The notes beneath the pieces are model-generated. The model saw only the letters and a list, made by a program, of their open reading frames with translations, made no database searches and had not been told where the DNA came from. 64,000 bases of DNA from an uncultured Alphaproteobacteria bacterium (GTDB taxonomy: Bacteria; Pseudomonadota; Alphaproteobacteria; Rhizobiales; Xanthobacteraceae). A program made the position numbers and the translations under genes. The stretch covers positions 102,058 through 166,057 of the forward strand of contig CAWBSI010000028.1 in the NCBI GenBank assembly GCA_963791375.1, in the 5' to 3' direction. Positions 27,652 to 35,686 of this stretch are shown one piece after another. Position 1 is the first letter of the stretch; each line of letters starts with the position of its first letter.

Positions 27652-29239
27652 CTATCCGACCTTCGGCTCCAGCTTGGTCGACCACAGGGCGCGATCGTCG
27701 ACGTCCTTGAGCGTCACCGTCATGACCTCGGTGGCGCCGTCGATGGCGACGAGGCCGAAGAACTGCAGCCCCAGCGCCGGCGACAGGTTCTGCCCCTGCT
27801 CCTTGGTCGGCGCCTTGATGTAGACGAGCTGCGGCCCGAACGTGTTGTCGAGCGTGTTGGGGCCGAAGGTACCGGCATGGATCGGGCCCGACACGAACTC
27901 CCAGAACGGCTCGAAATCCTGGAATACCGCCTTGTTGGGATCGTAGTAGTGCGCCGCGGTGTAGTGCACGTCGGCCGTCAGCCAGACCGTGTTGCGGATA
28001 TTGGCGCGCTTCATGAAGGAGAGGATGTCGGCGATCTCGAGCTCGCGCCCGCGCGCGGGCCCGTCGCCCTGCGCGATCGCCTCGACGCCCCAGTTGCGGT
28101 CGCCATCGTAGACAACGATCAGGCTGATCGGCATGTCGGCGGCGATCACCTTCCAGGTCGCGCGCGAACTGAGCAGCTCGCGCTTGAGCCAGGCGACTTG
28201 GGTGGGCCCGAGGAAATAGGCGTCCGGACCGTAGCTCTCCTCGCGCCCCTCGCCATTGGGCCCGCGATAGCTGCGCATGTCGAGCATGAAGACGTCGAGC
28301 ATGCGGACCGTAGGAGATCTTGCGATAGACCCGGCCGGCTTCGGCCTGGGTCTGGCGCATCGGCATGTATTCGTGGAACGCCCGGCTCGCCCGCGCCGCC
28401 AGCGCCAGGGCGTTCTTGTCCACGTATTTCTTGCGCAGATGCTCGGCCCGCGTCAGCGGCTCGCCGGGCCACCAGTTGTTGGTGACCTCGTGATCGTCCC
28501 ACTGGGATAAGATCGGGATCTCGCGGTTGAAGGCGAGCACGTTGCGGTCCATCAGATTGTATTTGTAGGCGCCGCGGAACTCGGCGAGCGTCTCCGCGGG
28601 CTTTGATTTCTCCTCGGTGACGATGTTCTTCCACACCTCCCCATTGGGCAGCTTGAGCTCGGCCGGGATCGGGCCATCGGCATAGATGTTGTCGCCGCTG
28701 TGGATGAAGAAATCCGGGCGGTTGCGCAGCACCGTTCCGTAGAGCCGCATGCCGCCGCGCGCTTCGTCGATGCCCCAGCCCTGGCCGGCGGTGTCGCCGG
28801 ACCATGCAAAGGTGATGGACCGTCGGTCCGCAGGCGCCGTACGGAAGCGCCCGACAACGGGCTCGCCGGCGATGGTCGGCGACTGCAGGTCTTCGAGCTG
28901 GACGCGATAGAAGATGTCCTGGGCGGCCGGCAGGCCTTCGATCAGCACATTGGCGGTGAAGTCGGTTTCCGGGAGGACGTCGAGATAGGCGGCGCGACGG
29001 CTGTCCTTGAAGCTGTCGGTGGTCGCCCAGTCGACCAGCAGCCGCGACGGCCGGTCCGCCCGCACCCACACGACGCCGGAATCGACGGAGACATCGCCGG
29101 ACTGCACGCCGTGGCTGACGCCCGGCCGATCCGCGGCACGGCTGACGAAGGGCCGCGCGACCCCGCCGGCGGTGATGGCGGCCGCGGTGGTCGTCAGAAA
29201 CCGGCGCCGGGTCAAAGGCCAGCGGATGCGAATGGTCAT
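27652..29239 (-). pseudogene. phoD: alkaline phosphatase PhoD, one frameshift
   Basis: ATG 29239 gives MTIRIRWPLTRRRFLTTTAAAITAGG (Tat signal)...FIHSGDNIYADGP...SQWDDHEVTNNWW...YRKISYGP. The frame then shifts at about 28303 (one surplus base) into ORF 27652-28302: (M)LDVFMLDMRSYRGPN...WLTADVHYTAAHYY. Confidence 0.85.
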
Positions 29240-29376
29240 GAGCTCCTCCGAAGCGATGGTTCGTCCGAATCTCCGGGCAACCAACCACAGCGGGATGACG
29301 TTTCGATGATCACAGGGCCGGCTTCCCCAGCCAACCGAAGCGGAGTGCCGCGCCCGCGCAGAACGGCCACGCACCG

Positions 29377-29394
29377 CCGTCATCAAACTTACAT
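29377..29394 (+). promoter_or_regulatory. candidate Pho box (PhoB site) in the phoD-btaA divergent region
   Basis: CCGTCAT-CAAA-CTTACAT has 11/14 matches to the CTGTCAT-N4-CTGTCAT direct repeat with an 11-bp period. It lies about 40-55 nt upstream of the btaA start region. Confidence 0.35.
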
Positions 29395-29434
29395 CCGCGC
29401 CGGTGCCTAATCCCCTGTCGATTCGACCGATCAC

Positions 29435-30690
29435 GTGGAGCTTGGCTTGACGTCCGCATCCAAAGCCGCGGCCAGCCATCGCCTGAACCAGGCGGTGCGC
29501 CGCAATCGCGCCTTTTCGAGCGAGGGCCTGCTCGAAATCATGTTCACCTGGGCGTTCAAAGGCCTGGTCTATCCCCAGATCTGGGAGGACCCCGAGGTCG
29601 ACCTGGAGGCCCTGGCGCTGACGCCGCAGTGCCACGTGGTGGCGATCGCGTCGGGCGGATGCAACGTCCTCTCCTATCTCATCGCCGATCCCGGCCGCAT
29701 CACCGCGGTCGATCTCAGCCGCGCCCATGTGGCGCTCAATCGATTGAAGCTCGCCGCGGCCCGGCACCTGCCGTCCTGGCAATCCTTCTACCGCTTCTTC
29801 GGCGAGGCCGACGAAGCGGCGAACGTCGCCGCCTATTGGCGCTTTCTCAAAGACCATCTGGACGACGAGACGCGCGACTATTGGGAAGGGCGTGCCCTCT
29901 CCGGTTTCGGCCGGCGCCGCATTTCGATGTTCTCGCGCAATCTCTATCGCTACGGACTGCTCGGCTACTCCATCGGGCTCGGCCATTTCGTGGCGCGCGC
30001 TTATGGCGTCGAGTCTGAGCAAGATCCTGCTGGCCCGCTCGCTCGAGGAGCAGCGCGCGTTCTTCGAGACCTCGCTGGCGCCGCTGTTCGACAAGCCGTT
30101 CGTGCGCTGGGCGACGGCGCGGCAATTGTCGCTGTACGGCCTCGGCATTCCGCCGGCGCAATATGCGGCGCTGGCGATCGGGCGCGCCGAACATGGCGGC
30201 GGTGCTGCGCGACCGGGTCGAGAAGCTGTCCTGCGAGTTCAGCATCGACGACAATTACTTCGCCTGGCAGGCGTTCGGGCGCTCCTATTCCGACGGCGGT
30301 TCCGGCCCGCTGCCGCCTTATCTCGAACGCGCGCATTTCGACGCCATCCGCGATCGCGCCGACCGCGTCGAGGTGCTCAACCGCTCGTTCACCGAATACC
30401 TCAAGAGCCGCCCGGCCGCAATCGCTCGACCGCTACGTGCTGCTCGACGCCCAGGACTGGATGTCGGATCTGCAATTGAACGATCTGTGGCGCGAGATCA
30501 CCCGCACCGCGACGGCCCGGCGCGCGGGTGATCTTCCGCACCGCCGCCGAGCCGAGCCTGCTGCCGGGGCGCGTCGACGAGACGGTGCTGGCGCAGTGGC
30601 GCTACGAAGCGGAGCTGTCGCGCGACCTCACGCGCGCGCGACCGCTCCGCCATCTATGGCGGCTTCCACCTCTATGTTCTCGGGGCGTGA
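29435..30690 (+). pseudogene. btaA: BtaA (S-adenosylmethionine:diacylglycerol 3-amino-3-carboxypropyl transferase, DGTS synthesis), about 5 frameshifts
   Basis: Conserved BtaA peptides run across three frames: FKGLVYPQIWEDPEVDLEAL...(frame 2), SLSKILLARSLEEQRAFFETSLAPLFDKPFVRW (frame 0), NMAAVLRDRVEKLSCEFSIDDNYFAWQAFGRSY (frame 1), SLDRYVLLDAQDWMSD (frame 2), ARVIFRTAAEPSLLPGRVDE (frame 0), RDRSAIYGGFHLYVLGA-stop (frame 1). Confidence 0.8.
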
Positions 30691-30691
30691 C

Positions 30692-31348
30692 ATGACGATC
30701 GGTCTCGTCGACCGAGCTGATGAACCGGACCTATCGGCATCAGCGCCACATCTACGATTTCACCCGCAAATACTATCTGCTCGGCCGCGACCGGCTGATC
30801 GCGCAACTCGCGCCGCGCCGACGGCGACGCCGTCCTCGAGATCGGCTGCGGCACCGGGCGCAATCTCACCACCGCCGCGGCCCGCTATCCCGGCGCCCGC
30901 CTGTTCGGCGTCGACGTCTCGACGCGAGATGCTGACCTCGGCGATCACGACCATCGCCCGCGCCGGCCTCGCGTCGCAAATCCGCGTCGCCCATGCGGAT
31001 GCCACCCGCTTCGATCCGCAGCCGCTGTTCGGGGTCGCGCGGTTCGAGCGGATTTTCGTCTCCTACAGCCTGTCGATGATCCCGGACTGGCAGGCCGTGA
31101 TCGACCGCGCGATCGCCCTCCTCGCGCCCCGGCGGCGAACTGCACATCGTCGACTTCGGCGGCCAGCAACAATTGCCGGGCATGTTCCGCACCTGCTGCG
31201 CCGCTGGCTGGCGCTGTTTCACGTCACCCCGCGCGATGAACTGGAAGCGGCCCTGCGCACGCGGACACAAGCCGCCAAAGCGAGCCTCACCTTCGAACGC
31301 CCTTACCGCGACTATGCCCAATACGCGGTGCTTCGGCTCGCAATGTAG
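30692..31348 (+). pseudogene. btaB: BtaB (SAM-dependent N-methyltransferase of DGTS synthesis), about 5 frameshifts
   Basis: ATG 30692 gives MTIGLVD, then the peptides continue in shifting frames: ELMNRTYRHQRHIYDFTRKYYLLGRDRLIAQL (frame 0), DGDAVLEIGCGTGRNLTTAAARYPGARLFGVDVS (frame 1), EMLTSAITTIARAGL...IFVSYSLSMIPDW (frame 2), GGELHIVDFGGQQQLPG (frame 0), LLRRWLALFHVTPRDEL... (frame 2). Confidence 0.8.
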
Positions 31349-31426
31349 GGTGGGCAAAGGCGCTCTCCGCGCCGTGCCCACGCGTTGCGGCATCCGCGTG
31401 GGCACGCTTCGCTTTGCCCACCCTAC
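31345..31426. repeat. REP-type two-armed palindromic element, family 3 (GTAGGGTGGGCAAAG...GTGCCCAC)
   Basis: Arm GTAGGGTGGGCAAAGGCGCTCTCCGCGCCGTGCCCACGCG pairs with CGCGTGGGCACGCTTCGCTTTGCCCACCCTAC. The btaB stop codon (31346-31348) lies inside the first arm. Confidence 0.85.
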
Positions 31427-31436
31427 GCAATGCGCC

Positions 31437-32273
31437 TCAGCCCGCTGCTTTGAGACGGGAACCTTGCCGGGCAAAAGCTGCGGTAGCGATCACAAGCCCC
31501 AGCGCGAGGACTTCCCAAGCCGGCGGGACGCCGAGGTCCAGGGAGAAATCATTGCGAAGCGTCCCTGATGGCGCGTAGCCATGGATGGCCCAGATCCAGC
31601 CGGCTTCGAAAAACAGTGTGAAGACGCACGAGGCGACGGCGAGCATCGCCAACGCCCTCACATCGGTTCCCAGGCCGCGGCGGTTGAGCAGCCTCCAGCC
31701 GATGAGCCAGAAGAACATTCCGCTCAGCAGGAACTGCTCGGGGTAAATGTCCGGCGACAGCAGGTAATGAATGAGCGCCAGAGCCGCAATCACGTAGATC
31801 GTGTTGTGCAGCCGCTTCCAGCCTTTCGCCCCCATGCGCGCCACGGCGGCATCGAGCGATGTTGCCCCCAGGGCGATCATGCCGATCGTGGCGACCGTCG
31901 CTAGCATCAAGCTGACCCTGGTCGCCATCTCGTGGGCGATGGACGCAAAGTTCCAGAACCGCAATGCGAAATAGATGATGATGTGCGCGACCGCATAGGC
32001 GAGCGCCGTCACTCCGATCATTCGCCGCACGATGATGAGCTGGCGCCAGCCGAGGATTGCGATGGCCGGCGTGATCGCCAGCGCCAGCAGCAGGAGCGCC
32101 GTTGCCCACAGGCCCGACCAGTAGGTCATTCCACCGAGCGGAACCGGCCCGAATTGCTCAGCCCAGACCTGGTGAACGAGCCAGATCGCCGGCACGAACA
32201 TGAGCGCGAATGCGCCCGCCTTCAGCCAGGAAAATCCGCGCTTCCCGTCTTGCCAAGGCCAGACCACGTGCAA
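31437..32273 (-). CDS. MsrQ/YedZ-like ferric-reductase-type heme b membrane protein (orphan, C-terminally extended)
   Basis: Six or more TM segments with His pairs (VAHIIIYF, LHNTIYVIAALALIHYLL) as in MsrQ. No msrP is adjacent. The start is non-ATG (TTG 32273 or GTG 32267). Confidence 0.6.
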   Translation of the reverse strand: MHVVWPWQDGKRGFSWLKAGAFALMFVPAIWLVHQVWAEQFGPVPLGGMTYWSGLWATALLLLALAITPAIAILGWRQLIIVRRMIGVTALAYAVAHIIIYFALRFWNFASIAHEMATRVSLMLATVATIGMIALGATSLDAAVARMGAKGWKRLHNTIYVIAALALIHYLLSPDIYPEQFLLSGMFFWLIGWRLLNRRGLGTDVRALAMLAVASCVFTLFFEAGWIWAIHGYAPSGTLRNDFSLDLGVPPAWEVLALGLVIATAAFARQGSRLKAAG

Positions 32274-32373
32274 ACTCCGCTACTGGGCTGAGACCATTAC
32301 TCCCAGCGCGTACCGGAGAGGTTATTGCAGTATGCAAGCGCGATCCAGATGTCCTGAGTGGATTGTTCTGCGC

Positions 32374-33198
32374 TCACACCAGCACCTTGCGCAACCGCGC
32401 GCTCACGAGATCGATCGCCATCACGGTGCCGACGACGATGATGACCTGTGCCGCCGTCTGCGCATACTGGAAGCTGCGGATGCTTTCGTAGAGCGTCTGG
32501 CCGATGCCGCCGGCGCCGACGATGCCCAGCGTGGTGGCGGAGCGGACGTTCGTCTCCAGGCGGTAGAGCGTGAGCGAACTCCACAGCGGCAGCACCTGGG
32601 GAATGACGCCGAAGATCACCTCCTGGATGCGCCGCGCCCCGGTGGCGCGGATGCCCTCGATGGGGCGCGGGTCGATCGACTCGACGGCTTCGGAAAACAG
32701 CTTGGCGAACACGCCGAGATTGTGAACCGCGAGCGCCATGACGCCGGCAAACGGGCCGAGCCCCACCGCCACCACGAACATCAGCGCGAACACGATCTCG
32801 TTGATGGCGCGACAGGCGTCCATCAGGCGGCGCACCGGCTGCACGATCCATTGCGGGCAGATGTTGGCGGAGGCGAGAATGGAGAACGGAATGCCAAGCA
32901 CTACCGCGAGCGTCGTTCCCCAGATCGCGATCTGGACCGTCACAAGCATGTCGGCGAGATAGAGATCCCAGTCGTGGAAGTTCGGTTGCAGGAACGCGCC
33001 GCCGAATTCCGCCATGTTGCGCCAGTCATGGACGAGCGCGCCGGCGCGATACATTTCCGCCGGCGCCCAGGCCCAGGCCAGGAGGGCGAACAGCCCAATC
33101 CAGAGCGCGTAGCCCCACAGCCGGCGCGACAGGCGCTGCCGCGGCACGACGATGTCGGCCGTGCCGTCGAAGTCGCGCGCGCTGCCGATCTCCGCCAA
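32374..33198 (-). CDS. phnE: phosphonate ABC transporter permease PhnE
   Basis: ...DMLVTVQIAIWGTTLAVVLGIPFSILAS...RAINEIVFALMFVVAVGLGPFAGVMAL...SIDPRPIEGIRATGA..., typical of PhnE. The TTG start at 33198 is 5 nt after the phnD stop. Confidence 0.85.
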   Translation of the reverse strand: MAEIGSARDFDGTADIVVPRQRLSRRLWGYALWIGLFALLAWAWAPAEMYRAGALVHDWRNMAEFGGAFLQPNFHDWDLYLADMLVTVQIAIWGTTLAVVLGIPFSILASANICPQWIVQPVRRLMDACRAINEIVFALMFVVAVGLGPFAGVMALAVHNLGVFAKLFSEAVESIDPRPIEGIRATGARRIQEVIFGVIPQVLPLWSSLTLYRLETNVRSATTLGIVGAGGIGQTLYESIRSFQYAQTAAQVIIVVGTVMAIDLVSARLRKVLV

Positions 33199-33202
33199 GG
33201 CG

Positions 33203-34315
33203 TCAGTTCGTATGGGCCGACATCGCCGCGAATTCGGCGATCATCTTCTTGAGCTCGTCCTGCCGCCCGGCCTTCTCCGCCTCCATGAAGGTGGCGACAC
33301 GGGCCTGGAAGCCGTCCGCTGCCGCCTTCTTCTCGAGATCGTCGAGCCTGGCAAGCTGCGCCGCGATCGCCGCCGCCTGCTTTGCCTTCTCCTCGTCGGA
33401 GAGCTTGGCGTCGCCGCGCACCTTCATCAGGTCCTTGTTGGCCTCGAGCTTGCGGGTGGGAAGAAGCTGGGTGTCGGACGAGGGATGAAACGGCGACCAC
33501 ACCAGGTTCGCGAGGATATCCCGCGCCGCCTTGATCTCGTCATCGGACCCGACATGGCCGTAGCTCAGGAGGAAGGTGTAGAGCTTGGTCTTGACGGCAG
33601 GGTCGAGGTCCTTGCGCCACACCAGCGGATCGAGCGGGATCAGCGGCGAGGTCCAGATGACCCTGATCTGCTCGCGCGCTGCCGGTGCGGTCGCCGCGAC
33701 CCGCTGCAGATCCTCGCTGTTGTTGGTGGCGGCGCCGACCTGCTTGTTGGCGACCGCCATGGCGTTGGCCTGGTGGCTGGCATTGCGCACGGTCTTGAAG
33801 CACGACTTCGGATCGATGTTGTTGGCCGCAAAAATGTAGGACGTCGGCACCAGGAAACCCGAGGTCGAGTTCGGATCGCCGATGCCGAAATCCATCGACT
33901 TGTCGCAGCGAAGGATGTCGGCGAGCTTGGTGTAGGGGCTGTCGCGGTGCACGATGATGTGGGAATAGTAGCCGACGCTGCCGTCGCGCGCCACGATCTG
34001 GCCGAACACCTCACCGCCGCCGCGGTCGACCGCCTCCATGCCCGACTTGTTGCCGAACCAGGCGACCTGGATCTTGTTGAAGCGCATGGCCTCGATGACG
34101 CCGGCATAATCGGTCGCATAGAAGCCGTTGACCTTGAAGCCGGTGCCCTTGGCGATGGCCTGCAGGAACGGCTCCCAGTTCTTCTTCTGATTGGTCGAGG
34201 CCTCCGTGGAGATGACGCCGAAATTGATCTCGACGGGCGCCTGTGCGCCGACTTGGATCGCCGACGCCGCCACCGCCGCAGCCACCGCGACGCCGGTCAA
34301 ATAGGTCCGCAACAT
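33203..34315 (-). CDS. phnD: phosphonate ABC transporter substrate-binding protein PhnD (with a charged C-terminal extension of about 70 aa)
   Basis: ATG 34315 and a signal peptide, then INFGVISTEAS...YAGVIEAMRFNKIQVAWFGNKS...GDPNSTSGFLVP, the PhnD core. The tail is ...KLSDEEKAKQAAAIAAQLARLDDLEKKAAADGFQ... Confidence 0.85.
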   Translation of the reverse strand: MLRTYLTGVAVAAAVAASAIQVGAQAPVEINFGVISTEASTNQKKNWEPFLQAIAKGTGFKVNGFYATDYAGVIEAMRFNKIQVAWFGNKSGMEAVDRGGGEVFGQIVARDGSVGYYSHIIVHRDSPYTKLADILRCDKSMDFGIGDPNSTSGFLVPTSYIFAANNIDPKSCFKTVRNASHQANAMAVANKQVGAATNNSEDLQRVAATAPAAREQIRVIWTSPLIPLDPLVWRKDLDPAVKTKLYTFLLSYGHVGSDDEIKAARDILANLVWSPFHPSSDTQLLPTRKLEANKDLMKVRGDAKLSDEEKAKQAAAIAAQLARLDDLEKKAAADGFQARVATFMEAEKAGRQDELKKMIAEFAAMSAHTN

Positions 34316-34345
34316 TTGATTGCTCCTCTTGGTTCGAAAAGACGA

Positions 34346-34461
34346 CTCCCTCCCCCTTCTTCAGGGGGAGGGTTGGGGCGGGGGTCCGCGGACTCACCAC
34401 ACGCGCCGCGCTAGCGGCCTGCGATCCCCTCCCCAACCCTCCCCTTTTCAAGGGGTGGGAG
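34346..34461. repeat. REP-type two-armed palindromic element, family 1 variant, in the phnC-phnD intergenic region
   Basis: Arm CTCCCTCCCCCTTCTTCAGGGGGAGGGTTGGGGCGGGGG pairs with CCCCTCCCCAACCCTCCCCTTTTCAAGGGGTGGGAG. It fills most of the 195-nt gap between phnC and phnD. Confidence 0.8.
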
Positions 34462-34510
34462 AAGAATCAGAACCGGTCGAGAATCGGAACCTCGTCTCAG
34501 AGTCATTGCG

Positions 34511-35452
34511 CTAGGCCCGGAGTCGCTCCACTTCGAAGGCTGGCGCGATCATCCGGGGAGCAACTCCGATCGGCGCCATGGCGTCCTGAGCCGTATTCGG
34601 CAGCTCGGGGGCATGCAGGAAGAAATCTTCCGATTCCGCGCCATAGATTGCGTTGAGCAAGGAAGGCGTCAGCTCGCGCGACGGCCCGTCGAACACGATC
34701 TCCCCGGACTTGAGCGCGATGGTGCGCGGGCAATAGCGCAAGGCGAATTCGACCTGATGCAGCGATACCAGCACGGTGATGCGGTCGCGGCGATTCATGT
34801 CGGCCAGGATATCCATGACGCGCCGGGCGGAATTGGGATCGAGCGACGCGATCGGCTCGTCGGCGATCACGAGCTCGGCGCCCTGCACCAGCGTGCGTGC
34901 GATGGCCGCGCGCTGCTGCTGGCCGCCGGAAAGCTCGCAGCCGCGCTTGAGCGCATGCTCGGCAATGCCGACGCGGTCGAGCGCCTGCATGGCGCGGCGC
35001 CTGTCGGCCTCGCTGAAGCGGCCGACGGTGCCCTGGAAGAACGGCACGCGGCCGAGCAGCCCGAGGCAGACATTGGTGAGAACCGACAGCCGCGGCACCA
35101 GATTGAACTGCTGAAAGATCACGCCCACCCGCACGCGCAGTTGCTTCGCCGCGCCGGTGATGCGGCCACCGCGCTGCATGGGCTGGCCGAACAGGATGAT
35201 CTCACCCGGTGCGCCGACGCCGGATTCGCCCAAGCCGGCACTGCCGCTTTCGGACCTACCGTTATCGACGCTACCCTTGTCGATGGGAACCAGCCCGGCG
35301 ATGGCGCGGATCAGGGTCGACTTGCCGCTGCCGGAAGCGCCGATCAGCGCCACCATCTCGCCGCGCGCCAGTGAGAACGAGATGCCCCTGAGGATGGCGT
35401 TTCGCCGGTCGAATGCCTTCGAAACCCGCCGGACCTCAAGAACCGCCTGCAC
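34511..35452 (-). CDS. phnC: phosphonate ABC transporter ATP-binding protein PhnC
   Basis: It has Walker A (GASGSGKST), VIFQQFNLVPRLSV, signature (LSGGQQQR) and Walker B (VIADEPIASLD). I prefer GTG 35452 (6 nt after GAGGAGG) over the track TTG at 35470. Confidence 0.85.
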   Translation of the reverse strand: MQAVLEVRRVSKAFDRRNAILRGISFSLARGEMVALIGASGSGKSTLIRAIAGLVPIDKGSVDNGRSESGSAGLGESGVGAPGEIILFGQPMQRGGRITGAAKQLRVRVGVIFQQFNLVPRLSVLTNVCLGLLGRVPFFQGTVGRFSEADRRRAMQALDRVGIAEHALKRGCELSGGQQQRAAIARTLVQGAELVIADEPIASLDPNSARRVMDILADMNRRDRITVLVSLHQVEFALRYCPRTIALKSGEIVFDGPSRELTPSLLNAIYGAESEDFFLHAPELPNTAQDAMAPIGVAPRMIAPAFEVERLRA

Positions 35453-35493
35453 GGCGCGCCTCCTCGCCAACGCCTTCGGGCTACCAGCGGCAT

Positions 35494-35511
35494 ATGACAG
35501 AGGGATGAAAG
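35494..35511 (-). promoter_or_regulatory. Pho box upstream of phnC
   Basis: The minus strand reads CTTTCAT-CCCT-CTGTCAT, 13/14 matches to the CTGTCAT-N4-CTGTCAT direct repeat. It lies 42-59 nt upstream of the GTG 35452 start. Confidence 0.6.
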
Positions 35512-35686
35512 CGGCGGCCAGGCCGGCGCGCCTTCCACTTGTTTTGCGTCTGCAGGGGCTTGGGACCGACGGATACGACCGATCCTACTGCGACGTGGCA
35601 GCCAATCAGAGAGGGGAAGTCGTCGCGCGCTCAGGACTGCCCATCGCCAATCGACGTCATGGAATGATCGGCAAGGATCGCCCGGA

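Noticed and set aside
27584-30148. 854-aa minus-strand ORF spanning phoD and part of btaA
   Set aside because: It is a composite. Its middle is the genuine PhoD N-terminal part (from ATG 29239). The upstream part is antisense to btaA, and the downstream part is out of frame after the 28303 shift.
29435-31348. Single 637-aa protein (apparent BtaA-BtaB fusion), and the idea of programmed ribosomal frameshifting
   Set aside because: Only short stretches of that frame resemble BtaA/BtaB; the rest is Arg/Ala-rich nonsense. Conserved peptides hop between all three frames about ten times without slippery-site/pseudoknot patterns. A stop (30688-30690) plus ATG (30692) separates the two genes in the correct frames.
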